A DNA stretch of 56,267 nucleotides from contig VBEE01000043.1 in NCBI GenBank assembly GCA_005881715.1, forward strand, positions 1,218 through 57,484. Reading direction: 5' to 3'. Source of the stretch: Chloroflexota bacterium. GTDB lineage: Bacteria > Chloroflexota > Dormibacteria > CF-121. The stretch's first letter is position 1. Each line of letters starts with the position of its first letter. The notes below the pieces were generated by a model, which had not been told where the DNA came from, searched no databases, and worked only from the letters and a program-made list of their open reading frames with translations. The translations under genes and the position numbers were made by a program. Below are positions 31,144 to 39,624 of this stretch, piece after piece.

Positions 31144-31280
31144 CTCGCTCTAGGCTAGGGCAACCGGGACGCTGGCATCGGCCCCTATTTGGCGTTATAC
31201 TGGGGGCCGGGTAAGACAGGTTCGACGATTCGGCCTGTCCGACGCACCGCCGAAGGGGTGGCTAGCTGTCGGCCCACCTG

Positions 31281-33854
31281 TTGAGCCAGGTCCAATCTTA
31301 TGCGCCACAAGGAGCGCCCTTGACCTTACGGTTGCCGCCTGTTGTCGCGGGGTCGCCGTTTGCCCACCGCGCCCCCGACATCACCGCGGTCCGGCTGAAC
31401 GTCTGCGGCGCGCCGCAGAGCCAGGCTGAGACGTTGCTCGACCACCTCGGCCAGGACGCCCTGATGGCCCTGCTGACCGAAGCCACCGAGGGTGATGGGT
31501 ACGTGGACATCAAGCACGCACCCGTGCGCTACACGCTGAACCTCCAGAAGCGGACGGATACGAGCATCGAGCGCTTCGGTCTGGTCGGGCAGCTCTTCGG
31601 CTTGCCCGGTCGTGACATCGCCTTCGTGGTGGAGCGCGTCCAGCCGGACCCCGACCCGACGAAGGACGCCGGCGACGTGCTCACCATCGAGGTCGCCGAG
31701 GCGGCGCTGCAGGGCGTCACCTACGTGCCCGAGGAAGACTGGGTCCGCAGGCAGCTGACCGCGCTCGAGGAGGCCGCCCAGCTGCCCCTGGTGCTGGCCG
31801 GCCAGGCATTTGCCAACCACGAACGGCAGTGGCTCGCCTGGCAGGCAGAGCAGGATGCCCGTCCGTACGAGATCGAGACCGAAGGGGTGATCTGCAGCAA
31901 GTGCGAGAACCTGCAGGTCAATGGCGTCAAATGCAGCGTCTGCGGGGCGACCAACGGCGACCGGAGCGCCGGGGCGTTGATCGTGCTCAGTCGCCGCGGC
32001 GGGTTCAAGGAAGGTGATCGCGTCGTCATCCGCACCGCCCATGGCGCGGACCGAGAAGGCACCCTGCTCCGCGGAGAAGGGGGCGGCCGCCGCTGGTTGG
32101 TGAAGCTGCGGGAGGAGGGCGTCCTCGGCCCGGGTACGGTTCGACCGCAGCCGATCACGGCCGTCGTCGAGGTGCAGCAACGCACTTTGAATGGCTTCCC
32201 GGCGGGCGACATCAGCCTGCGCCGTGTGGCTGCGCTCCTGATCGCCCCTGACGAGGTGCTGCCCCCCGGCACCGGAGCGTTGCAGCCCTTCGACGAGCGC
32301 CTCAATCCCAGCCAGCAGCAAGCCGTCCGGAACGCGGTCAACCTCTTCCCCGGCAGCATGCAACTGGTGCAGGGCCCACCGGGAACCGGGAAGACGACCT
32401 CGATCGTCGAGACCGTGCGTCAGCTGGTGGCGCGAGATCCCAATGTGCGCATCCTGATGACGTCGCACGCGAACACCGCGGTCGACAATGCGCAGGAGCG
32501 GTTGCAAGGTCTCGACTCGCTCCGAATGGTGCGCATCGCCGAACCCGAGAAGGTCGACCCCAAGTTCCGGCCCAGCATCGTCGAGGCCGACGACCCGCGG
32601 GTGCGCACCGCGCACGTGGTATTCGGCACGGTGAACCGGATCGCGCTCGCCTGCAAGGAAGCCGAGATGTTCGACTGGCTCATCCTCGACGAGGCGAACA
32701 AGGTGCGCTTCACCGAGACGCTGCCGCTGCTGCGGCTGGCGCCGCGCTGGTTGCTGGTGGGCGACCACCGCCAGCTGCCGCCGGTTCTGGATGAAAGTGC
32801 CGCGGCCTTCCCCGTCGATGACGACGAGGCGAAGGCGATGGTCCGGGATGCCAGCTTCTTCGAGTTGAGCTGGGCCGTCGTTCCGGAGACCAACCTGGTG
32901 ATGCTCGATGAGCAATACCGAATGGCGGCCCCCATCGGGAGTTACGTGTCGGTCGCCTCCTATGACGGCCGCCTGCGCAATTCGCCCGAGATGGCGGCAC
33001 TGCGTTCTCCGCTGCCGTGGCCTTTCAACCGCAACCTCACCTGGCTGACGATTCGCGGCCGGGAAAAGAAGGGCGGCTCGGGGAGTATCTCGAACCGCGC
33101 CGAGATCGAGGCGGTCGGTCGCGTTGTCCGCCACCTGCAACGACTTGGGCTCGAGCAGCTGCGGGTCGCGGTCATCGCCATGTACCAGGACCAGGTCACC
33201 CAACTGCGCCGCGAACTGCGGATGGTCGCGCTTCCCGGCCTGGCGGTCGACACCGTCGATGCTTTCGAAGGCGAGGAGGCGGACGTGGTCATCCTCAGCC
33301 TGGTGCGAAGCAACGAGGCCGAGCGGATCGGCTTCCTCAAGAAGGCGCAGCGGTTGAACGTCGCCATCTCGCGCGCCAAGCAGCTGCTGGTGGTGGTCGG
33401 GGATATCGAGACCATGACCGGCCGCGAAGGCCAGGACCTCTACCGGCCGCTGCTCGAGCACGTCGAGCGCGAGGGCCGGGTGGCGGGGATCGGGGCGCTG
33501 CATGCCATGGATGCCGCGGTAGGTGGCCGGCGGCGCGGCGATCGGCGACGGCCCCGTCCCGCTGGTGGGCCGGCGGGCCGGCCGCGCCGGCGCCGCCGCG
33601 GGTATGGTCCACACCCGGTGACCCCCGGAGCGCCCGTCGCCAGCAACGGTACCGAGGCGCCCGAAGCACCAGTCGCCGAGAATGCCCCGGCGGCCCCGCG
33701 GAAGTTTCGCCGCCGACGGGGCCGGCGACGCTCGGGATTCGCCGCCACGAATGGCAGTCCGGGTGCATCGCCCGACGGGAGCGCCCCGGTTCCTGACCCG
33801 GCGCCGGCGCCGCAGCCTGAAGCCGCTGCGCAAACCGCCGAGCGCAGCAACTGA
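31281..33854 (+). CDS. Upf1/DNA2-like superfamily 1 helicase with N-terminal zinc-ribbon region and Arg-rich C-terminal tail
   Basis: 857-aa ORF. Walker A is LVQGPPGTGKTT, motif II is ILDEANKV, and later motifs are VGDHRQLPPV, TVDAFEGEEADVVILSLVRS and RLNVAISRAK. The zinc ribbon CSKCENLQVNGVKCSVCG lies in the N-terminal ~330 aa. An alternative TTG start at 31320 follows AGGAG. Confidence 0.85.
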   Translation: MSQVQSYAPQGAPLTLRLPPVVAGSPFAHRAPDITAVRLNVCGAPQSQAETLLDHLGQDALMALLTEATEGDGYVDIKHAPVRYTLNLQKRTDTSIERFGLVGQLFGLPGRDIAFVVERVQPDPDPTKDAGDVLTIEVAEAALQGVTYVPEEDWVRRQLTALEEAAQLPLVLAGQAFANHERQWLAWQAEQDARPYEIETEGVICSKCENLQVNGVKCSVCGATNGDRSAGALIVLSRRGGFKEGDRVVIRTAHGADREGTLLRGEGGGRRWLVKLREEGVLGPGTVRPQPITAVVEVQQRTLNGFPAGDISLRRVAALLIAPDEVLPPGTGALQPFDERLNPSQQQAVRNAVNLFPGSMQLVQGPPGTGKTTSIVETVRQLVARDPNVRILMTSHANTAVDNAQERLQGLDSLRMVRIAEPEKVDPKFRPSIVEADDPRVRTAHVVFGTVNRIALACKEAEMFDWLILDEANKVRFTETLPLLRLAPRWLLVGDHRQLPPVLDESAAAFPVDDDEAKAMVRDASFFELSWAVVPETNLVMLDEQYRMAAPIGSYVSVASYDGRLRNSPEMAALRSPLPWPFNRNLTWLTIRGREKKGGSGSISNRAEIEAVGRVVRHLQRLGLEQLRVAVIAMYQDQVTQLRRELRMVALPGLAVDTVDAFEGEEADVVILSLVRSNEAERIGFLKKAQRLNVAISRAKQLLVVVGDIETMTGREGQDLYRPLLEHVEREGRVAGIGALHAMDAAVGGRRRGDRRRPRPAGGPAGRPRRRRRGYGPHPVTPGAPVASNGTEAPEAPVAENAPAAPRKFRRRRGRRRSGFAATNGSPGASPDGSAPVPDPAPAPQPEAAAQTAERSN

Positions 33855-33895
33855 GCGCCACATACGACCCTTCCCGCGAACCGACCGAGGTCCGG

Positions 33896-34513
33896 GTGCC
33901 ACAGGACAAACTCGACCTCGCCGATTGGCGGCGTCGGGTGGGCGACCTCTACCGGCTGTCCGGTGCGGACACGCTGCGGCGATTCCGCCAGGGTCGCGAC
34001 GAGCTGTTTCGCAGCCACCCTCAGTCGCCGCTTACGCCGCAGGCGCGCCAGCGGTTTTCCGGCCTGCGCTATTTCGATGCCGATCCCGAGGTGAAGCTCC
34101 GCTGCCGCCTCGAGCCGGCCGATCCAGGCGACCTCTTGGAGATCGAGACCGGTGGTGAGGACGGCGTGATCACCTACCGGCGAGCCGGGCACCTGCGCTT
34201 CGAGCTCGGCGACCGGCCTTGCCGGCTCACGGTCTTCAGCCTGGTTGGGTACGGCGGTGGGCTCTTCCTGCCCTTCCGCGACAGCACCTCGGGCAGTGAA
34301 ACGTATGGCGGTGGGCGCTACCTCTTCGACACGGTGAAGAACACCGACGGCCTCGCGCTCGAGCTGAAGGCCGGCTCACCCGATGTTGTGATCGACTTCA
34401 ACTTCGCCTATAACCCCTCGTGTGCCTACGACACGCGCTGGGCCTGCCCGCTCGCCCCGCGCGAGAACTGGCTCTCGGTGCCGATGCGCGCGGGTGAGCG
34501 AGTGTTCGCATGA
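33896..34513 (+). CDS. DUF1684 domain protein
   Basis: 205 aa. YGGGRYL...IDFNFAYNPSCAYDTRWACPLAP is the characteristic DUF1684 C-terminal motif. Confidence 0.8.
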   Translation: MPQDKLDLADWRRRVGDLYRLSGADTLRRFRQGRDELFRSHPQSPLTPQARQRFSGLRYFDADPEVKLRCRLEPADPGDLLEIETGGEDGVITYRRAGHLRFELGDRPCRLTVFSLVGYGGGLFLPFRDSTSGSETYGGGRYLFDTVKNTDGLALELKAGSPDVVIDFNFAYNPSCAYDTRWACPLAPRENWLSVPMRAGERVFA

Positions 34514-35292
34514 GTAAGACGGCGCTGATCACTGGAGCCTCAGGTGGGATCGGGTACGAGCTCGCCCTGCTCCTCGCGCGCGACGGCTTCGACTGCATCC
34601 TGGTGGCGCGCAGCCGGGACAAGCTGGACGAGCTTGCCGCGCGGCTGGAGAGCGAATTTCGAGTCAAGACGCTCGTCGTTGCCCGGGATCTCTCCAAACC
34701 GACCGCGGTGGACGAGATCTACGAAGAAGTCAGCGCCGCCTCGATGAGTATCGACGTGCTGGTGAACAACGCCGGCTTCCCGGTTTACGGCCGATTCGTG
34801 GACACCGACTGGCAGGCCGAGCTCGACATGCTCCAGGTCAATGTGGTCGCGCTGACCGCCCTCACCAAGCTGTTCGTGCGCGGCATGGTGGAGCGCCGCA
34901 ACGGCCGGATCCTCAATCTGGCCTCGACAGCGGCCTTCGTGCCCGGCCCCTTGATGGCGGTCTACTACGCCAGCAAGGCGTACGTCCTGTCGTTTTCGCA
35001 GGCGCTGGCCAACGAGCTGCAGGGGACCGGGGTCACGGTGACCGCCCTCGCCCCGGGGCCGACCCGGACCGGCTTCCAGAAGCGCGGGGTAATGGAAGAC
35101 TCGCGACTGGTGCGGGGCCAGGTCGCTGATGCGAAGTCGGTGGCAGCTGCGGGCTACCGCGGAATGATGCGTGGCAAGACCATCGTGATCCCCGGGTTCA
35201 GCAACAAGTTGATCCCGTGGGTGGCCCGCGTCTCACCGCGCGGTGCGGTCACCAGGGTCGTGCGGCGAATGCAAGAACGTGTCTCCGACTAA
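34510..35292 (+). CDS. short-chain dehydrogenase/reductase (SDR)
   Basis: 260 aa. Contains TALITGASGGIGYELA (TGxxxGxG), NNAG and YYASKAYV (YxxxK). ATGA overlap with the upstream gene. Confidence 0.9.
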   Translation: MSKTALITGASGGIGYELALLLARDGFDCILVARSRDKLDELAARLESEFRVKTLVVARDLSKPTAVDEIYEEVSAASMSIDVLVNNAGFPVYGRFVDTDWQAELDMLQVNVVALTALTKLFVRGMVERRNGRILNLASTAAFVPGPLMAVYYASKAYVLSFSQALANELQGTGVTVTALAPGPTRTGFQKRGVMEDSRLVRGQVADAKSVAAAGYRGMMRGKTIVIPGFSNKLIPWVARVSPRGAVTRVVRRMQERVSD

Positions 35293-35332
35293 CATGATTT
35301 CCGCTATCCCAGGTGGGGAGGGTCCGGAGCTG

Positions 35333-35818
35333 TCAGTCGACCCTGCGGAAGCTTGCAACCAGGTGCCGCGCCAATGGGACATCCCCCATTCCCATCTTCA
35401 ACTCGTACTGCAGGGTCTCACCCTCGAGCCAGAGTGATCGGCTGATCGATGTGACCGGCTTCGCCGTCGGAGTGCGACCGACGCTGGCGCACTCAACGTC
35501 GATACGCTGGCCGTTGACGCGGCCGAGGGAGATCTCCGCAAAGCCGATTGGCTGGGCGATCACAAACTCCACCCGGCCATCACCGACCAGTCGCAGGTAA
35601 CCGGCCTCCCCATGGAGGGGCTGGCCGGTGTCAATCGCCTCGGTCCGCTGGGTGTAGATGAGGAACGGCTTGCCGTTGTGCGTGAACCGGATTTCCTCCC
35701 GATAGCGGAACGGCTTGATGGTCGGGTACTGCCCTTCCCCCTCGCCACGCCAGGTACCGAGCAGAAACGCCACCGGCTTGAGCGCCGGGTTCAGATCTGC
35801 GGCGATCATCGGCTCCAT
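35333..35818 (-). CDS. nitrobindin-type (DUF1794/FABP-like) heme-binding beta-barrel protein
   Basis: 161 aa. LLGTWRGEGEGQYPTIKPFRYREEIRFTHNGKPFL is the typical nitrobindin N-terminal pattern. Confidence 0.8.
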   Translation of the reverse strand: MEPMIAADLNPALKPVAFLLGTWRGEGEGQYPTIKPFRYREEIRFTHNGKPFLIYTQRTEAIDTGQPLHGEAGYLRLVGDGRVEFVIAQPIGFAEISLGRVNGQRIDVECASVGRTPTAKPVTSISRSLWLEGETLQYELKMGMGDVPLARHLVASFRRVD

Positions 35819-35831
35819 GGTAGGGCTGAAG

Positions 35832-35904
35832 TGCCCTCGGCAGGACTCGAACCTGCGACGCCCGCCTTAGGACGGCGGCGCTCTATCCACTGAGCTACGA
35901 GGGC
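35832..35904 (-). tRNA. tRNA-Arg (anticodon CCT)
   Basis: The hand-folded cloverleaf is: acceptor GCCCTCG/CGAGGGC, D arm GCTC..GAGC, anticodon arm CCGCC-GTCCTAA-GGCGG, T arm GCAGG-TTCGAGT-CCTGC, discriminator A. No CCA is encoded. Confidence 0.9.
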
Positions 35905-35950
35905 ATGGCGGGGGCGCGCACTGGAGAGGGTATCATTGCGTTCTGCCGAT

Positions 35951-36025
35951 CGGGGCGTAGCTCAGCCAGGTTAGAGTGCACGGTTCGGGACCGTGAGGTC
36001 GGTGGTTCAAATCCACTCGCCCCGA
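35951..36025 (+). tRNA. tRNA-Pro (anticodon CGG)
   Basis: The hand-folded cloverleaf is: acceptor CGGGGCG/CGCCCCG, anticodon arm CACGG-TTCGGGA-CCGTG, T arm GGTGG-TTCAAAT-CCACT, discriminator A. No CCA is encoded. Confidence 0.9.
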
Positions 36026-36097
36026 TAGCGATTCGCAACGAAAATCGAGCAGGTTGTCGATGCGTTTCGGGTTCAGTCGATCAGGAGCGAGATAGAC

Positions 36098-36208
36098 ATG
36101 ACCGGCAGAACCCTGGTTGCCATGCTGACATTCGGCGGCATCGTGGTGGCCGTGATGTGGTTTTTTGTCCTGCCCGCACTGACGACCTTCAAGCCGCCCC
36201 TGCCCTGA
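36098..36208 (+). CDS. candidate 36-aa single-pass membrane peptide
   Basis: ATG 36098 lies 10 nt after AGGAG (36083..36087). The product is MTGRTLVAMLTFGGIVVAVMWFFVLPALTTFKPPLP, and GC3 is high like the neighbouring genes. It is below the 60-aa cutoff of the ORF track. Confidence 0.35.
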   Translation: MTGRTLVAMLTFGGIVVAVMWFFVLPALTTFKPPLP

Positions 36209-37048
36209 TCACGCGGTCGTCAGCAGCGCGATGCCGCCCACGATGGCGACGGCGCCCGCCATCCGAATCCATGCGCCGCGACGCTCCCTCAACCGCCAGA
36301 TGCCCCAGGCCGTGACCAGCACGATGGCTGACTCACGCAAGGGGGCCACGACCGCGAGCGGAGCGACACGCAGGGCGAAGAGGATCATGAAGTACGCCGC
36401 GCTCATCAGCACGCCGACGAGGAGGGACGTACCAGGCTCAACCGTCAAGCGTGCTTCGGGGATATCCCTCGCGGTGGCGTATGCGAGAAGGAAGACCGCC
36501 GTAAACAGCCAGAGCACCCATCCGTAAAGCCACGGAGGCCCAAGGCGGACCCCGATCCGGTCGAGCGAGCTGTAGGCGGCGATCAGAAGGCCCGTCATCA
36601 ATGCCGGGAACAGCGCTGCGCCAGCCTGGGACGGCCGCTGGACCGCCCAGATGCCAGCCAGTAGACAGATGACACCGACAACCGCGGCCGGCTGCAGTCG
36701 TTCACCCAGGAGCACAAGGCCAACACCCACCGCGAGCAGCGGCGCCGTCCCCCTGGCGATCGGATAGACGACCGAAAGCTCACCCCGTCGATAGGCCGTC
36801 GACAGCGCGATGAAGTAGAGGAGCTCGAGGCCGGCCGATCCCAGAGCAACCAGCCATGCCAGCGGCATCAAGCCCGGCCGTCCCTGCCACAACCAGACCG
36901 CGGCCAGGATGGGGAGCGAGATCGCGGCGCTCAGGCTCACCGCGCGGGTGGCGAGACCGAGCGGGTGCTCGGACGCCTTCAGCAGCGCGTTCCAGGTGGC
37001 GTGCAGCACGGCCGCGACCAGAACCAATGGAAGGACCGCCAGGGGCAC
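36209..37048 (-). CDS. EamA/DMT-superfamily transporter
   Basis: 279 aa with about 10 transmembrane helices. The N-terminus VAAVLHATWNALLK and the duplicated 5-TM layout are typical of EamA. Confidence 0.85.
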   Translation of the reverse strand: MPLAVLPLVLVAAVLHATWNALLKASEHPLGLATRAVSLSAAISLPILAAVWLWQGRPGLMPLAWLVALGSAGLELLYFIALSTAYRRGELSVVYPIARGTAPLLAVGVGLVLLGERLQPAAVVGVICLLAGIWAVQRPSQAGAALFPALMTGLLIAAYSSLDRIGVRLGPPWLYGWVLWLFTAVFLLAYATARDIPEARLTVEPGTSLLVGVLMSAAYFMILFALRVAPLAVVAPLRESAIVLVTAWGIWRLRERRGAWIRMAGAVAIVGGIALLTTA

Positions 37049-37122
37049 GGGCCGAGTCTACCGAGGCGGCGGCGGCTGGCGCGTCGACACCTCCACCGAT
37101 AGTGATATTCTCGGTATCAGGT

Positions 37123-37992
37123 ATGGCCGAGCGGACATCGAAAGCTGCGCGAACCCCGCGAGCCATCTGGCGCGGCACGATCTCCTTCGGGATGGTCAGC
37201 ATTCCCGTCAACCTCTACACCGCCACCGAATCGCACGACGTCCGTTTCCACCTGCTCCACAGACGGGACGGCGTTCGATTAAAAAATGTTCGCTGGTGCC
37301 CTAAAGACGAAAGGGCCGTCCCCTGGGACGACGTCGTACGTGGATTCGAGTACACCAAGGGGAAGTACCTGCCGGTCAGCGAAGAGGATCTCGACCATCT
37401 CCCCGTGAAGAGCGTCCACACCGTCGACATCTCCGACTTCGTCAAGCTCGAGGAGGTCGACCCGATTTACTACGACAAGGCCTACTACCTCGCGCCTGAC
37501 GAGGCGGGGGTGAAAGCCTTTGCCTTACTGCGGCAGGCGCTCCAGCAGACCGGCCGCGCCGCGGTGGCCAAGGTGGCCATCCGCGACAAAGAGAATCTTT
37601 GCCTGGTCCGGCCCTATGAGGATGTGCTGTCGATGGAGACGATGTTTTATGCGAATGAGATCCGGTCGACGCAAGACATCGCCGCCGACGGCGCGAAGGT
37701 CTCACCGAAAGAACTGCAGATGGCCGTCTCCTTGATCGAGAACCTCAGCGATAGCTTCGATCCCGAGCGTTACCGGGACGAATACCAGGCCGCGCTCAAA
37801 CAGGTCATCAAGGCCAAGGTCGAAGGCGCTCCACTCCCCGAGGCGCCGACGGAAAAGGGCGGGAGGGTGGTCGACTTGATGGAGGCGCTCCGGGCGAGCG
37901 TCGAGCAGACCAGGAAGAAAGGCGGCGCAACCCAACGCAAAGCATCGAGCGCCGGTCGGCGCACGGCACAAAGGCGGCGGAAGACGGCGTAG
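37123..37992 (+). CDS. ku: Ku protein (non-homologous end joining)
   Basis: The ATG at 37123 gives AIWRGTISFGMVSIPVNLYTATESHDVRFHLLHRRDG...YYDKAYYLAPDE, the canonical bacterial Ku core, with a Lys/Arg-rich C-terminal tail. The upstream part of the track ORF is antisense to EamA. Confidence 0.92.
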   Translation: MAERTSKAARTPRAIWRGTISFGMVSIPVNLYTATESHDVRFHLLHRRDGVRLKNVRWCPKDERAVPWDDVVRGFEYTKGKYLPVSEEDLDHLPVKSVHTVDISDFVKLEEVDPIYYDKAYYLAPDEAGVKAFALLRQALQQTGRAAVAKVAIRDKENLCLVRPYEDVLSMETMFYANEIRSTQDIAADGAKVSPKELQMAVSLIENLSDSFDPERYRDEYQAALKQVIKAKVEGAPLPEAPTEKGGRVVDLMEALRASVEQTRKKGGATQRKASSAGRRTAQRRRKTA

Positions 37993-38021
37993 GCAGCCGG
38001 CTGACTGGTTGAACCGGAGAT

Positions 38022-38237
38022 CTAGGGCCAGAAGAGATGGCCGATGAGCATCCCGATGACGACGGCGACAACGTAGCTGAAGCGAGGGTAGGCGCGCACC
38101 AGCGACCGGATGAGGTTGGTCAGCGGATCCCGGCCCTTACCGAGGGCAATCGTCTCGCTCAGCATGATGACGAAGAGCACGCCAACAAAAAGCGTGACGA
38201 GCAACGAGAGGACGGCACCAGCACTAATTTGCAGCAC
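38022..38237 (-). CDS. small two-helix membrane protein, paralog 1
   Basis: 71 aa: MLQISAGAVLSLLVTLFVGVLFVIMLSETIALGKGRDPLTNLIRSLVRAYPRFSYVVAVVIGMLIGHLFWP. It is collinear with the adjacent 93-aa ORF. Confidence 0.55.
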   Translation of the reverse strand: MLQISAGAVLSLLVTLFVGVLFVIMLSETIALGKGRDPLTNLIRSLVRAYPRFSYVVAVVIGMLIGHLFWP

Positions 38238-38505
38238 GTCGGCCTATCAGCTGGCGCAAGCGCCGGGGCGCCGGCGCGAGGGCGCCCGTGGCCGGGCCCC
38301 AGAGAAAATGCCCGAGCGTAATTCCTACGAGGATGGCAACGACGAAGGCCCAACCGGGGAACGCATGAACCGCCTCTCGAAAGTAATCACTGATGGGCTT
38401 GTTACCGGTGAACAGCGCCCAGGTCTCAAAGGCCATGAGCAGAAAAACGGCGCCGACGAATGCCGTCACCAGGAACGAAAAGAGGTTGCCTCGATTGAGA
38501 ATCAT
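38224..38505 (-). CDS. small two-helix membrane protein, paralog 2
   Basis: 93 aa: MILNRGNLFSFLVTAFVGAVFLLMAFETWALFTGNKPISDYFREAVHAFPGWAFVVAILVGITLGHFLWGP... Its ATG overlaps the stop of the upstream CBS-domain reading frame (ATGA). Confidence 0.55.
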   Translation of the reverse strand: MILNRGNLFSFLVTAFVGAVFLLMAFETWALFTGNKPISDYFREAVHAFPGWAFVVAILVGITLGHFLWGPATGALAPAPRRLRQLIGRRAAN

Positions 38506-39570
38506 CGACGGGCGGTCGCGCCCTCAACCTCCGCCGGCACCCGCTGGATCGCCGCGACGAAGGCAGCCGGTGTCAGCACGCCCTGGAAGCGATCGCCATC
38601 GACCACCGCCACCCAGCTCGCCTGGCGGATCAGCATCTGCGAGAAGGCATCGTACAGGGTGCGGTCCGCCGGCACGGTGGCGTCCAGGGGGCGGACCCGC
38701 TCGCTGACGCGCCCATCGCCGTCGATCTGATTTCCGTCCAACTCCCCGACTGGGCGGCCATCACGGTCGAGGACGATCAGCCGCCTCCACTTCCCGTCCA
38801 GCCGACCGCGCGCTTCGGCCAGCGACTCGTCGGGGTGGACGATGGGAGGGCGCTCCAGCACGTTGAGGTCGATAGGCGTGACCGACAGCCGTTTGAGCCC
38901 ACGGTCAGGCCCGAGGAGATCGATGACGAGGTCCGACGCGGGTTTGGCCAGGGATTCGGTCGCCGAGCTTGATGGCCTCATCGATGTCGTGGGTCACGAA
39001 CACGACGGTTTTGCGCACTTCGCGCTGGATCCGCAGAAACTCGTTCTGCAGGCGCTCTCGGGCAATCCGGTCGATGGCACCGAAGGGCTCATCCATCAGC
39101 AACACCGGCGGATCGGCGCCCAACGCCCGGGCTACCCCGACCCGCTGCCGCTGTCCGCCGGAGAGCTGGTGCGGGTAGCGGTTTGCGAAAGCGCGAGGGT
39201 CGAGGCCGACCAGCTCGAGCAGCTCGCTGACCCGGCGCGCGATCCGACGCTTGTCCCAACTCAGCAGGCGAGGGACGGTCGCGACGTTGTCGGCAATCGT
39301 GAGATGCGGGAAGAGGCCGACGTTTTGGATCACGTAGCCCATCCGCAGCCGCAACGTCACGGGGTCGGTATGAGTCACATCCTGGTCATCGTGCAAGATG
39401 CGCCCGCTGCTCGGCTCGATGAGCCGGTTGATCATTTTCAGGGTCGTCGTCTTGCCGCAGCCCGAGGGGCCGACAAGCATGGTGAGCTGCCCGGTGTGGA
39501 ACTCGATCGTCAAGTCCCGCACCGCCAGCTGCGCCCCGTACCGCTTGCTGACCCCTTCCAGCCGAATCAT
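38502..39570 (-). pseudogene. OpuCA/ProV-type osmoprotectant ABC transporter ATPase with C-terminal CBS domains, interrupted by an internal out-of-frame deletion
   Basis: ORF 38905..39570 carries the ATPase (Walker A GPSGCGKTT, signature LSGGQRQRVGVARAL, Walker B LLMDEPFGAID, H-loop VTHDIDEAIKLGDRI). ORF 38502..38981, in another frame, continues as LAKPASDLVIDLLGPDRGLKRLSV plus CBS repeats. The ~16-18 aa normally found between ...GDRI and ...L..PA..FV are missing. The frame switch is near 38953. Confidence 0.8.
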
Positions 39571-39624
39571 TAGAAACTTCTACTCTAAATTGCGGCGCGG
39601 CGGGTCGGCTGTTAGCATCGGCGG

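Noticed and set aside
31326-33902. 858-aa minus-strand ORF, the longest in the window.
   Set aside because: It is exactly antisense to the helicase gene. It is Arg/Gly/Pro/Ala-rich with no motifs, while the plus strand carries an ordered set of SF1 helicase motifs. This is a typical high-GC shadow ORF.
35819-36210. The tRNA-Arg/tRNA-Pro pair as the border of an integrated island or prophage.
   Set aside because: There is no integrase, no phage-like genes and no direct repeat of a tRNA 3' end that I could find on either side. The flanking genes have the same GC-rich codon style as the rest of the window.
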